The notes beneath the pieces were generated by a model. The model worked only from the letters and a program-made list of their open reading frames with translations. It had not been told where the DNA came from and did no database searches. The position numbers and the translations under genes are program-made. A stretch of DNA of 64,000 bases from Mobula hypostoma (Eukaryota), in the NCBI RefSeq assembly GCF_963921235.1, contig NC_086098.1, positions 8,742,001 through 8,806,000 on the forward strand, in the 5' to 3' direction. Below are positions 11,270 to 24,486 of this stretch, in pieces (the first letter of the stretch is position 1; each line of letters opens with the position of its first letter).

Positions 11270-13662
11270 TAAAAAGAAACATTATGGGAATCATGTATAG
11301 GCCTTCAAATAGTAGCCAAGATGTGAGGTTGAGATTGCAAAGGGAGCTGGAAAAGGCACGTAATAAGTGTAATTACGCAATTGTACTGTGGGACTTCACT
11401 ATGCAAGGGGATTAGGAAAATAAGGTTGAGGTCGGATCACAAGAGAGGGAATCTGTTGAATGTCTACGAGATGGCTTTTTAGAGCAGCTTGTGCTTGAGT
11501 CTACTGAAGAAAAGGCTGTCTTAGATTGGGTGTTGTGTAGTAACCCAGATATTATTATTAGGGAGTGTAATGTAAGGGAACAGTAAGGAGGCAGTGATCA
11601 CAATATGATTGAATTCATACTGCAATTTGAGAGGAAGAAGCATACGTCACGGGCAGTGGGATAAAGGAAAGTACAGAGACATGAGAGAGGAGCTTGCCCA
11701 GGTGCATTGGCGAGGATACTGGCAGGGATGATGGCAGAGCACAGATGGCTGATGTTTCTGGGATTAGTTCCTGAGGCACAGGATAGACATGTCCCACAGA
11801 AGAAGTTGATCTCAAATGGCAAAGGTAGGCAACCATAGCTGACAAGGGAAATTAAAAAACTGCATAACAGCCAAAAAAAATGTCATTTAAGGTAGCAAAA
11901 TTGAGTGGAAATTGGATGATTGAGAAACTTTTAAAATCCAACAAAAGGCAACTAAAAAAAGCTATAAGGGAAAAGATTAAATTTGAGGGCAAACTAGCCA
12001 ATAATATAAAGTAAGGTACTAATTTTCAGTTATTTAAAGAGTAAAAGGGAGGTCAGAGATGATATTGGACCACTGGAAAATGATGCTGAGGGACAAGGAT
12101 ATGGCAGATGAACTTAATGGGGACTTTGCATCTGTCTTCACTGTGTGCCAGACATCTATGAATGTCAGGGAGCAGGAGTAAGTGCTATTACAAAAGGAAA
12201 ACTGCAATGCAAACTCAAAGGTCTTAAGGTGGATAAATCAGCTGGACCAAATGGACTACATCCCAGAGCCCTCAGAGAGGATGCTGAAGAGATAATGGAT
12301 GCATTGGTCATGATCTTTCAAGAATCACTTGATTCAGGCATGGTCCTGGAGGAATGGAAGATTGCAAATGTCACTCCACTCTTTAAGAAGGGAGGAGGCC
12401 AAAAGAAAGGGAATGATAGGCCACCTCAGTGGTTGGAAAAGTTTTGGAGTCTATTATTAAGGAAGAGATTTCAGGGTACTTAGAGACTAATGATAAAATA
12501 AGTTAAAGTCAGCATTGTTTCTGTAAAGGGAAATCTTGCCTGGCAAATCTGTTAGAGTTCTTTGAGGAAATAACAAGCAGGGTAGACAAAGGAGAGGCAA
12601 TGGATGTCATTTACTTGGATTTTCAAAAGGCCTTGGTAAGGTGCCACACATGAGGCTGCTTAACAAGCTAAAATCCTATGGCGTTACAGGAAAGATACTG
12701 GCATGGATAGAGGAATGGCTGACAGGCAGGACGCAGTGAGTGGGAATAAAACGGGCCTTTTCTGATTGGCTGCCACTGGCTAGTAGTGTTCCTTAGGGGT
12801 CAGTATTGGGACTTTTCACATTTTTATCAGTCATTTAGATAATGGAATTGATATTTTTGTGGCAACGTTTGCAGATGATACGAAGATAGGTGGAGGAGTA
12901 GGTAGTGCTGAGGAAGCAGTGCGATTGCAGCTGGACTTGAACAAACTGGAAGAATGGGCAAAAAAGTGGCAGATGGAATACAGTGTTGAGAGATGTATGA
13001 TAATGCATTTTGGTAAAAGGAACAATAGAGCAGACAGTACTCTAAATGGGGAGAAAGTTCCAACATCAGAGGTGCAAAGGAACTTAGGAGTCTTCGTGCA
13101 AGACTCCCAGAAGGTTAATTTACAGGCTGAGTCTGTGGTAAAGAAGGCAAATTCAATGTTGACATTTATTTCAAGGGGAATAGAGTATAGAAGCAAGAAA
13201 ATAATGCTGAGCCTTTATAAGACACTAGTCAGGCCACACTTGGAGTATTGTCAACAGTTTTGGGCCCCATTTCTCAGAAAGGATGTTTTGTCATTGAAGA
13301 GAGTCTCGAGGATGTTCATGAGGATGATTCTGGGATTGAAGGAGTTAACATATGAGGAGCGTTTGGCAGCTTTGGGCCTGTACTCACTGGAATTTAGAAG
13401 AATGCGGGGGGATCTCATTGAAACCTACCGATTGTTGAAACGACTTAATGCAAAAATGTTGTCGGATGAATGTGAAGAGGAAGTTTCCTATGGTGGGGGT
13501 ATCCAGAACTGGAGGGCACAGTCTTAGAATTGGTCAGTGCATCAAAGGATATGGAGAGTATGCAGATGTATGGGGTTGAGTGGGATCTGGGGTCAGCCAT
13601 GATGGAATGACAGAGCAGACTCGATGGGCTGAATGGCCTAATTCAGCTCCTCTGTCTTATGG
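11270..13662 (+). mobile_element. Decayed CR1 LINE ORF2 (endonuclease + RT) with 3' UTR
   Basis: [55 protein letters not shown] and RRMRGDLIE motifs. Multiple stops and frameshifts. Confidence 0.9.
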
Positions 13663-15107
13663 TGTGCAATTAAACTAAAGCTGGAGACAGAATGATAGTT
13701 TCCCAAATTAAGGAAGACATTGTAAACACAAGAGGTTCTGCAAATGCTGGAAATCCAGAGTAACACACACAAAATGCTGAAGGACCTCAGCAGGTCAGGC
13801 AGCCTGTGTGGAAGTGAATAAACAGTCAGTGTTTCAAGCTGAGACCTCCAATTCTGCTCATTACACCATAGCAAGGATGTTGAATCTTTGGAGAGGGTGT
13901 GAAAGAGATTTATCAGGTTGCTGGATAGAATGGAGTGTGTTAGGAAAATAGGAAAGTTGGACAAACATAAATCATTGTTTTTGGGGATTCGGAGGCTGAG
14001 GGGTCACTTGAGAGAAGTGTATAAAACTAAGCATATCACAGATTGTGTAGATAGGCAGAATCTTTTTCCCAGAGTGGTGATTAGAACACTTAAGGGCACA
14101 GATTTAAGGTGAGAGAGGTGCTCAAGGCAGCATAAAACATAAAGAAGTATTGAGACAGATACATAAACCAGCAGGGATTAGAGGAACATGGACCATGTGC
14201 AGACAGGTGGGATTAGTTTGGAGGACCAGATTGGCATGCTGGTTGCTGCCTGTATAGTGGCTGAAGGGCCTGAACCTACACTGTTTTATTTTATGATCTA
14301 TATATTATATAGAAGTCTCTTCTCCTGTGTCTCATTTTGTATATGTTTCATTTTGTATCCAGCCATTCTTTTACTGTGCATGCATTGCTTTTGAATGCCT
14401 CCAAACAGTGGACTGTGACTGCCCAAACTCAAGTTGCATAGAATCCCCATTGACAGCAGAGAAGGTTCACTTTACTCGAGGTTCAAATATAACTCACAAT
14501 TGCAACATCCTCTTTGTACCAATTTGTCATTGGTTTATGGCAATTATTACTTTTCCTGTTCCAGCTCACCATTTTTTAATCGTTTGATATTTTTCCTCAA
14601 AGGTATTCTTGTGAAGAGTGACATTTTGCTAAATTATCTCCCACAAATGGCTGTATTGTAATAAATTATAATCTTTTTATGCCAAGAGTTTGTATGCTCG
14701 GCATTTCAATAATTCATAAAATTAGACAAAGCAAAAATGTATAAATTTAGCTCTGGTGCTGTTTTCTAAAACCTTAATTGTGCTGATTTCTTTTGTGAAA
14801 ACTGTTCCATTAATATACAGGTGCCTGGATTTTAATGCTAAGCAGCCAAAGTGAGAATGAAACGCTGGGAAAGGTTGTAGGGAGACAAAAAGTGAAACAG
14901 CCATAATTGTAAAGAAAAGATACCTTGAGGAAAGCATGAAAGAAGGTTAAATAATGTTGCTAGGGTGACAGTGAAATGGTTCATACATGTCCATATAAAC
15001 AGTAAGTCTGAGGTTATTGCTGATACTCAAAAGTGGTCTACAGGATTCATGCAAGTGGAAGAAATTGTGATTGCAAATTCAAATTAATATGCATCCGTGT
15101 TTTAATT

Positions 15108-15300
15108 AAACATAAGAGATTCTGTAGATGCTGAAAATCCAGAGCCACGCACCCAAAATGTGGGAGGAACTCAGCAAGTCAGGCAGCGTCTATGGGGGTG
15201 GATAAAAGAGTCGATGGTCTTGGCCCGAAACGCTGACTCTTTATTCCTTTCCATCGATGCTGCCAGACCTCTTGAGTTCCTCCAGGATTCTGTGTATGTG
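15108..15300. mobile_element. Older Penelope-derived inverted-repeat fragment
   Basis: GATTCTGTAGATGCTG...GGAACTCAGCAAGTCAGGCAGC followed by its reverse complement GATGCTGCCAGACCTCTTGAGTTCCTCCAG. Confidence 0.65.
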
Positions 15301-17898
15301 CTTTTTTTTTAACCATTTGTCACTATTTCCTGGAAGTTGCTCCGTTGTATTTGGAGTTGAAGCAAACCACTGCAGATTTTTTTTCGTAATTGACAGAAGT
15401 TTTTTTTCCCTCCTTTCACCTCCCTGAAGACATAGTACGGCTTTAGCGTAAATAAGAAAGTTGGGATTGTGTAGGGTGTCCACATGTAGCACACTCAAAA
15501 GATCTAGTGTTACGTAAAGATGTAATAATCTTGTTTTTTTTCAATTTGTGTTGAAAAAGTGAGGCCAAGGATCTAAATGTGAAGTAACAAAATTACCCAG
15601 GCTATCACTGTGCCCATCATTGACTTAAGACAATGGGGAAAGTATTCATTAGTGATATGTGTCAAAATATAAAATTGTATTGATCCATTTTGAAATGTGA
15701 TCATCCTGCTCTTTATGTGTATCTAAACAGTTAAAGCAAAAGAAATTGTTAAATATATTTCAATCCATGAGAGCTGCTTACATAGAATGTCTTTTCAAAA
15801 GTTCGGTTAGAAACAAAATATAAGATTTCACTAAGTATATAGCATGGAAAGTGTCTTTTTACCCCAATGAATCTATACTAGTATTTGTGCTCACATTGTG
15901 TTCCCTTTCACATGACAATAAATCACTGCAAATCCTCTGGACTCCTCTCCCTCACTTTCCTCTTAATTAGATGCATTTGGATCAGTCTGATTCTTGAGAG
16001 TTTCTCAAACTCTCCACTTCCTTAATTTAAATAAACTGCTGGAATCCCTGTTGAGTTTCTTAGTAACCACCTTATGTTGATAGCCTTTAGTTAATTTCTT
16101 TCTCCACAGGTAGAAAAGTGCCCTTTATGTACAATTCTATCATCATGTTCAACACTTGGCCTTTACACAAGAGAAAAGAAGCTCTTGCTTTTTCCTTATT
16201 TCTGTATTATCCATATAAACCTTATCTGCACCCTTTCTGTTTCCTCTCTATTTTTGGAATTTGGGGGCCAGTACTGAACACATTGCTCTAAACAGATTCC
16301 AATCCAGATTTGCCGTAATTTCCTCATGATTCATTTCTCATTTCTCCCTCTGGAAATAAATATGAAGAGTGTAGCAGATATAATTAAGTATAGGGAATAG
16401 TGAATAGGACTCAACACAATAATATGAGTGTGTGTGAAAGAGAGACTGCAATAGAAAGAGATACTTTGCTTTTTATGAGAAATAGAAACTGCAATTTAAG
16501 CAACACCAGCAAGCCTAAACGTAGTGTTGGAAAAATACAAAATAGGGCTAAAACAAATGTATTATTAGCAATGGCTTCAGAATTTATCAGTTTCAAAACA
16601 ATTTTCTAGCTTCCAAGAGCCAGCCTCAGTTGTCATAGACCAGTGAAGGGTGACAACATATAATTATACTTACCAAGATATTCATATTTCCTAAGGATTT
16701 GAAATGGGTCAAGAATGAAGGATCATCTTTATTCACTATATATATACATATATGTCCTGTTGTATGATGGTCAAGGCATGACATGTAACAAATTTAACAA
16801 CATTCAGCAATTATAAAGAATTACATAAAAAATAAAGTTGGAAGTTAAAGTACAGATATGGAATAAAATGTACATGAACGTATATATACCAGCATGTATC
16901 TGCAGTGTAAACAGCATTATAAAAAGTGGCTTTGTGTTTACAGCGCAGTGATGGGGGTAGTAAATAGAGGGGCGGGGTGCTACCTAGAATGGTTGATCAG
17001 GTTCAAACAACACACACAAAATGCTGGAGGAACTCAGCAGGCCAGGCAGCATGAGGTTGATCAGATTAACTATCTGGAGGAAGAAACTCTTAAGATGGCA
17101 TGAATTTTTGTTTTGATAGGCCTGTAGTGCTTTCCAGAAGAGAGCTTTTGGAAAAGGCAGTTTGCCGGGTGGGTAGTGTACGCAATGATTTTTTTCTGCC
17201 CACTTTTGTTTTGTCTTGGGCACATACAAATCCTGTTTTGACGGTAGACCTTTTTTGCTGACCTGTCCGTTTGCTGTAGCTCTCTTGTGAGAGGATGCAG
17301 CATCAAACCAGACGGTAATTGTTGATGTGAGAATGCTCTCTATAATGCTCACTTAATGACTCAGGAAGTCACTGCAGCTCTCCTATCAATCCTATGTCCT
17401 AACCAATTTGTCTCTAAGTTGTTTTCTCACTTATGTTAATAAATACCTCCTGATTCCCACACCAGCCACCTACACTGGTTAGCCAATCAACCTAGCAGCC
17501 AAAATAGCTTTGGGATGTGGGAGGAAACTGAAGCATTTGGGGGAAACCCACACAGTCACAGAAAGGGCTTAGAAATCATTATCAAGCTTGAGCTAGCTGC
17601 TAGAGCTGTGAGTTAGCTGCAACATTATTTTAAAAAGTGGTTTAAAGTGTTTACAGTGCAGTAACAGGGATAATAGATGGGGGGGGTGGGAGTTGCAGAC
17701 TTGAATGGCTGACTGTAACATAACTCTGCCCCCCATCAAAAAGAACGATCCACAATTAACATGCAAGCAGTAATGTGCTAACCATAAGATTATTACTGTT
17801 ATTTTGCTCACTGTTTGCCTGATCAAAAAACAAAACTGTTAATAGTAGAAATACATACTGTGCTTTTGCACCCTGCTGTAATGTAGCTGTTCTAACAG

Positions 17899-18064
17899 GG
17901 TGACTCTACAAGATTAAATCTGCCGCTGTCTCGAGGGAGCAGTGTGGAGAGCCTCTCTGGAGGACGGACACAATCAGCTGCTGCTACTCTGGAAGGCAAG
18001 AGACTAAGTGCTGACCTCAGCAATTACTCAGAATTGGAGGCTAGAATCATGAATGCGACAACAG
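17899..18064 (+). CDS. MAP3K7: MAP3K7 coding exon (exon 11 equivalent)
   Basis: tctaacag|GGT GAC... = GDSTRLNLPLSRGSSVESLSGGRTQSAAATLEGKRLSADLSNYSELEARIMNATT G|gtaaaa. SRGSSVESL and EGKRxSAD match TAK1. 166 nt, phase 0 to 1. Not in the ORF track. Confidence 0.94.
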
Positions 18065-18645
18065 GTAAAAAGCTTTTAATAAAGGGTTGGTGATACATAA
18101 CATAATAATAACCTTATAACAATTAAACCTTCCATCTGATTGGGGGGAAAGAAGCATTTTATTTTGGGTTTCTAAAGCTAACTGTTTTCATGTCAAACTG
18201 TCAGGTTAAAACCAATTAGTACTGTGTGTGCTAGTTTTTAGTTGGCAATCCTTTATACCTTTCTGTAACTATGTACATTACTGATGTTTACTAATGTCAC
18301 ATAGAGTTTACAAATATTATTGACTACGGTTAAATAGTGTCTCCAAAACTAGCCAATGGTGGATTCCTACAGTTGTGACGAAACATCTCCAGTCAATCTT
18401 TTTCCATTGTAACTAATTCCCCAACCATATCAATAATATCAAAAGTTAAATGTTGCACTGCGCTGCACAATATCGTTTAAACCATACTGTTTGAATTCAG
18501 TATTTTAGAAGTGTGTATATGTGATGAAGCTCTGCCTTGTGATTTTCAAAAGTTTATTTTGTCAACCACAAAGTCGGCTGTTTTGTGCTTTAAATGTGCT
18601 TTCCCTGTGCAACAAGTCTGGGTAAAGTGAAACATATTTTGCTTT

Positions 18646-18763
18646 TGCATGGTGCCCTTCTGTTGTGCATGAACTAGACCCATGTAAAATCTGTTTTGTG
18701 AGGAGAATGGCACTGTTCTAAGTTGTAACGTGCTTCGTAACTGTTTTAGCTGTTTGTTGCATG
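18646..18763 (+). promoter_or_regulatory. Cluster of three RBFOX motifs (TGCATG) upstream of cassette exon 12
   Basis: TGCATG at 18646-18651, 18666-18671 and 18758-18763, in non-repetitive U/G-rich intron within ~150 nt of the acceptor. Confidence 0.8.
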
Positions 18764-18789
18764 CGTACCTGTATGTGTGTATTTTGCAG

Positions 18790-18870
18790 CCCGTCCAAAA
18801 CCAAAACGAGGCCACCGTAAAACTGCTTCATTTGGTAACATACTGGATGTTCCGCAGATCGTCGTATCAG
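18790..18870 (+). CDS. MAP3K7: MAP3K7 81-nt alternatively spliced cassette exon (exon 12 equivalent)
   Basis: attttgcag|CC CGT CCA AAA... = [28 protein letters not shown]|gtacca. 81 nt, symmetric phase 1, matches the 27-aa TAK1-b cassette. Confidence 0.96.
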
Positions 18871-20309
18871 GTACCAGTTCAAACTACTGGTCTGGCTAGC
18901 TAACCAGCTTACTGCTGATAAATATGGTGTACTGCTTGCTCCAAGTTACAGAGATTTCTGCAGAATCTAAACATTGCTGTGAAACTTTCCACTGCTAAAC
19001 AATGGAAAATGGGTAGTCGTCATCTTATTCAGCAAAATAGACTGAATTGTACCAATGTCAGATGACACTAAGATAGGTGTTAAAGTCAATATTTTATCAA
19101 TGTACATAAATGTCACCATTTACTACCTGGAGACTCATTTTCTTGCAGACGTTACAGGAAAAATACAGAAATACAAATAGAATTTATGAAAAAAGTATAA
19201 GTAACGACTGACAAAAAGCCAACATGCAAATAAATAATACTGAGTCCTTGAAAGTGAGTCTGTAGGTTGTGGAATTAATTCAGATTTGTGGTGAAAGAAG
19301 TTATCCACACTGATTCAAGGCCTGATGGTTATAGGGTAATAACTGTTCCTGAACCTGGTGGTGTGGGACCCAAGGCTCCTGTACCTGTTGCCCAATGATT
19401 GTAGCAAAATGAGAGCATGACCTAGATGATGGGGATCCTTGACAATAGTGGTGTCGTAGACAGCGAAGTACACCCTGGGGAGTGTTGTGGAACAGGGGGC
19501 CTCGAAGTACAAGTATATACCTCTTGTATCTACCTGAGATATGATTTGGAGTACAGGAAGGAGATATAAAGGTTAGTACGTGGCAATGACAACATTTCCT
19601 TCAACAGGCTCAAGAAGAGCTTCTATCCATTGTAATAAAACTATTAAATGTTCTCTCGTAGATAGATTCTTGACCTCGCAATCTACCTTGCTATGACATG
19701 TTTACCCACACTGCACTCTCTCTGTAGCTGTTGCACTTTACTCTGCATTCTGTTACTGTTGTACCTTGTTCTACCTCAGTGCATTGTGTAATGATTTGAT
19801 CTGTATGAACAGTATGTAAAACAAGCTTTTCCCTGTCTATGTGACAATAATAAACCAGTTATAATTCCATTTCCAATTCCATTTCTACTGAAATTGGTGT
19901 GAGAGATAGACAGGGAAGCGGAGAAGGCATTCAACACACTGGCCTACATCAGTCAGAGCCATGAATACAGGAGTTGGGACATTATGTTGCAGTTGTACGG
20001 AACATTGGTGAGTCTGCACTTGGAGTATTCTGTGCAAATTTAATTGCCCTGTTATAGGGAAGAACTGGAAATAATGCAGAGAAGATAAACAAGACCATGG
20101 TCAGGACTCGAGAGTGCAAGTTATAGGCGAAGCTTGTAAGGTAGAACTTTATGTAGGTGATTGAGGGTTGAACTTATAGGGATGTATAAAATTATGAGAG
20201 GGTATAGATAGTGTGAATGTACATTGTCTTTCTTCACAGGGAAAAGGAATTTAATCTAACAAGCATCGGTTTAAGGTGAGAGGTGAAAGATTTAAAAGGA
20301 ATCTGAGAA

Positions 20310-20575
20310 TCGTGGTTAGTACGACGCTGCTACAGCTGAGGGTGTCGGAGTTCAGAGTTCAGTCCTGGATTCCACTGTAATGAGTCTCTGTACATCCACC
20401 CCATGGAATGTGTGAGTTTTCTCAGAGTCCTCCAGTTTCTCCCCACAGTCCAAAGACATACCAGGTTATATTGTATTGTCCCGTGATCAGCTTGGGATTA
20501 TCAGGGGTTGCTGGGCCGTGTGGGTCAAAGGGCCAGAAGGGCCTATTATGCACTGTCTTGCTCAATAAATAAATA
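20310..20575 (+). mobile_element. V-SINE/HE1-like tRNA SINE
   Basis: B-box-like GAGTTCAGTCC, core CCAGTTTCTCCCCACAGTCCAAAGACATACC, tail CAATAAATAAATAA. Confidence 0.6.
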
Positions 20576-21170
20576 ATATCTTCACATATGAGCTGCCAGA
20601 AGAAGTAATTGCGACAGTAGTTAGACACATTTTGGGTAGATAACTGGATGTGAAGTCTAAGTGGGCCAACTACGGAGAAATGGGACTAGCTTGGTGAGCA
20701 CCATGGTCAGAATGGACAATTTTGGCCAAATGGCCTGTTTTGCTGTGATATTCTTTGTCTCCTTGTCTCTGGTCCTAACTTTTCAACAGTTTAGTGATAC
20801 AACTTGTATGGCCTGTATTTTCAAGCCTGAATTAGAGCACCTTTGTCATTCAGAAAGAGCAATTAATAGAAATTAGGACAGAAAGTTTGCATAAATTGTG
20901 CTACATAAACCTAGTTTATTTTAAATTTGGATTTAATCTTTCACACAGCATGATTGTTTCGTTGAACATCTTGAGTCTCTGTAATGAGGCGTAATGGGAA
21001 AAGGCGATGTGCTCTGCAGCTCAGCCAGATACATGATGGCAGGTCCATTAAATGATACAGGGCCATCTAAAGAAGGAAGCAATTTCTGTTAAGGTTATAA
21101 TGACTGCTCAGTTCTCATCCATCCAATTTTTCATATCTCCTATTGCCTTCTAAAAGCAGCATATCCAAGT

Positions 21171-21300
21171 CCTGATGTCGGGTCTTGGCCTGAAACATTG
21201 ACTCTACTCCTTTCCATAATGCTACCTGCCCTTCTGAGTTCCTCCATAATTTTATGTCTGTTACCATGGATTTCCAGCATCTGCAGAATCGCTTGTGTTT
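21171..21300. mobile_element. Short Penelope terminal fragment with 10-bp TSD
   Basis: ATATCCAAGT at 21161-21170 and 21301-21310 flanks a Penelope terminus ending ...CCAGCATCTGCAGAATCGCTTGTGTTT. Confidence 0.75.
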
Positions 21301-22657
21301 ATATCCAAGTTCATCCTTTTGATATCTTGTTCTCTGCTATTTTCTAACAAATTTTCCAAGAACTTATACTCAGTGACTCCATATGCAGTATATAATCTCA
21401 ATTAAAAGGTCCCCCAGAAACCTTCTAATGAATATATGCTATCATTAGAATAGCGATGTGTTTACTATACACTATCAGGATAGATCTATAGAGTCTCTCA
21501 AGAGCAGAAGTTTTGGGGGTATGTCTCATGATCGACTCTTCTTGGTGCACAAATATATCAGTGCTATCCCAATTCTGCTCACCAAACCTGGAATATCTAG
21601 TAGTAAAGTGCCGTCCTTTTTACCTACCACGGGAGTTCTTTGGGGTCATTTTGGTAGCAGTTTACATTCCATCTCAGGCCAATGTCAAGCAGGCTTTAGA
21701 TGATCTGAGCACTGGGATCAACATGCACGAAACAGTGCACCCCAACACCTTCACCATTGTTTTGGGAGATTTTAACCAGGCCAGACTGAAAAAATCACTA
21801 AGCAACTACATCAACAGATCACTTGCAATACCAGAGGAAACAAAAACTGGATCATTGCTACACCACCATCAAGAATGTTATTCCACGCCCTCACTTCGGG
21901 AAGTCTGCTCACCTGGCTGTACTTCTACTCCCTGAGTATAGGCAGAGACTGAAGACTGCAGCACCAGCAGTGAGGACCAAGAAGGTTTGGACAAGGGAAG
22001 CACAGGAGCGCCTACAGGGCTGCTTTGAATCGGTAGACTGGACTGTATTCAGGGGTTCATCTTTGAACCTGGATGAGTATGTTGCAGTTGTTACTGACTT
22101 TATTAAAACCTGTGTGGATGAGTGTGTACCCACAAAGATTTACTGTACATTCCCAAACCAAAAGCCGTGGATGAACCAGGAGGTACATCATCTGCTGAAG
22201 ACTAGATCTGTGGCATTCAAGTCTGATGACCCAGGCCTGTATCAGAAAACCAGGTATGATTTGCGGAGGGCTATTTCAAGGGCGAAGAGACAATTTCGAA
22301 CGAGGTTGGAGGTGACATCGGATGCACGGAAACTCTGGCAGGGTCTGCAAGACATTACTTGCTGCAAAGTGAAACCCAATAGCAAGAATGGCAGTGGTGC
22401 TTCACGACCAGTTGAACTCAACGCTTTCTGTGTACGCTTTGAAAGGGAGAACACAACTACAGTTGTGAAGATCCCTGCTGCACCTGATCTCCATCTCAGA
22501 GGCCGATGTTAGGCTGTTTTTATAGAGGGTGAACCCTCACAAGGTGGAAGGTCCTGATGGAGTACCTGGTGCAACTCTGAAAACCCTGTCCCAACCAACT
22601 TACTGTACATTCCCAAACCAAAAGCCATGGATAAACAAGGACATTGTTAACCTCTCA

Positions 22658-23922
22658 TTACGAATCTCATAGAATTTTTTGAGGATGTAACTAGTAGAGT
22701 GGATAGGGGAGAACCAGTGGATGTGGTATATTTGGATTTTCAAAAGGCTTTTGACAAGGTCCCACACAGGAGATTAGTGTGCAAACTTAAAGCACATGGT
22801 ATTGGGGGTAAGGTATTGGTGTGGGTGGAGAATTGGTTAGCAGACAGGAAGCAAAGAGTGGGAATAAACGGGACCTTTTCAGAATGGCAGGCGGTGACTA
22901 GTGGGGTACCGCAAGGCTCAGTGCTGGGACCCCAGTTGTTTACAATATATATTAATGACTTGGATGAGGGAATTAAATGCAGCATCTCCAAGTTTGCGGA
23001 TGACACGAAGCTGGGTGGCAGTGTTAGCAGTGAGGAGGATGCTAAGAGGATGCAGGGTGACTTGGATAGGTTGGGTGAGTGGGCAAACTCATGGCAGATG
23101 CAATTTAATGTGGATAAATGTGAAGTTATCCACTTTGGTGGCAAAAATAGGAAAACAGATTATTATCTGAATGGTGGCCGATTAGGAAAAGGGGAGGTGC
23201 AACGAGACCTGGGTGTCATTATACACCAGTCATTGAAAGTGGGCATGCAGGTACAGCAGGCGGTGAAAAAGGCGAACGGTATGCTGGCATTTATAGCGAG
23301 AGGATTCGAGTACAGGAGCAGGGAGGTACTACTGCAGTTGTACAAGGCCTTGGTGAGACCACACCTGGAGTATTGTGTGCAGTTTTGGTCCCCTAATCTG
23401 AGGAAAGACATCCTTGCCATAGAGGGAGTACAAAGAAGGTTCACCAGATTGATTCCTGGGATGGCAGGTCTTTCATATGAAGAAAGACTGGATGAACTGG
23501 GCTTGTACTCGTTGGAATTTAGAAGATTGAGGGGGGATCTGATTGAAACGTATAAGATCCTAAAGGGATTGGACAGGCTAGATGCGGGAAGATTGTTCCC
23601 GATGTTGGGGAGGTCTAGAACGAGGGGTCACAGTTTGAGGATAGAGGGGAAGCCTTTTAGGACCGAGGTTAGGAAAAACTTCTTCACACAGAGAGTGGTG
23701 AATCTGTGGAATTCTCTGCCACAGCAAACTGTTGAGGCCAGTTCATTAGCTATGTTTAAAAGGAAGTTAGATATGGCCCTTGTGGCTACAGGGGTCACGG
23801 GGTATGGAGGGAAGGCTGGGTTCTGAGTTGGATGATCAGCCATGATCATAATAAATGGCGGTGCAGGCTCGAAGGGCCGAATGGCCTACTCCTGCACCTA
23901 TTTTCTATGTTTCTATGTTTCT
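22658..23922 (+). mobile_element. Young 5'-truncated CR1 LINE, copy 1 (intact 375-aa RT C-terminal frame)
   Basis: Uninterrupted ORF 22699-23826 ([38 protein letters not shown]) and (TTCTATGT)n tail. Interrupts the Rex ORF. Confidence 0.95.
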
Positions 23923-24486
23923 ATTACTACGGGCGGAAGTTCCCATATTCTTCAGAAAGGCAACTATTATACCAGTGTCTAAGAAGAATAATGTGGGCTG
24001 CCTTAATGACTATTGCCCAATAGCACTCACATCAACAGTGATGAAATGCTTTGGAGACGTTGGTCATGACCAGACTGAACTCCTGCCTCAACAAGGACCT
24101 GGACCCATTGCAATTTGCCTATCGCCACAATAGATCAATGGCACTCCACACGGCCTTAGACCGCCTGGACAACACAGACACCTACGTCAGGATGCCATTC
24201 ATCGACTACAGCTCAGCATTTAATACCATCATTCCCACAATCCTGATTGAGAAGCTGCAGGACCTGGGCCTCTGTACCTCCCTCTGCAATTGGATACTCG
24301 ACTTCTTAACGGGAAGACCACAATCTGTGCGGATTGGTGATAACATCTCCTCCTTGCTGACGATCAACACTGGTGCTCCTCCTGTGTGTCGCTAGGCATA
24401 GCTCAAATACCATCTATAAATTTGCTGATGATACAACCGTTGTTGGGTAGACTCTCAGGTGGTGATGAGAGGGCATACAGGAGTGA

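Noticed and set aside
22699..23826. 375-aa intact RT ORF as a domesticated or host gene
   Set aside because: It is a 5'-truncated CR1 with a repeat tail and near-identical sister copies. Intactness reflects youth, not selection.
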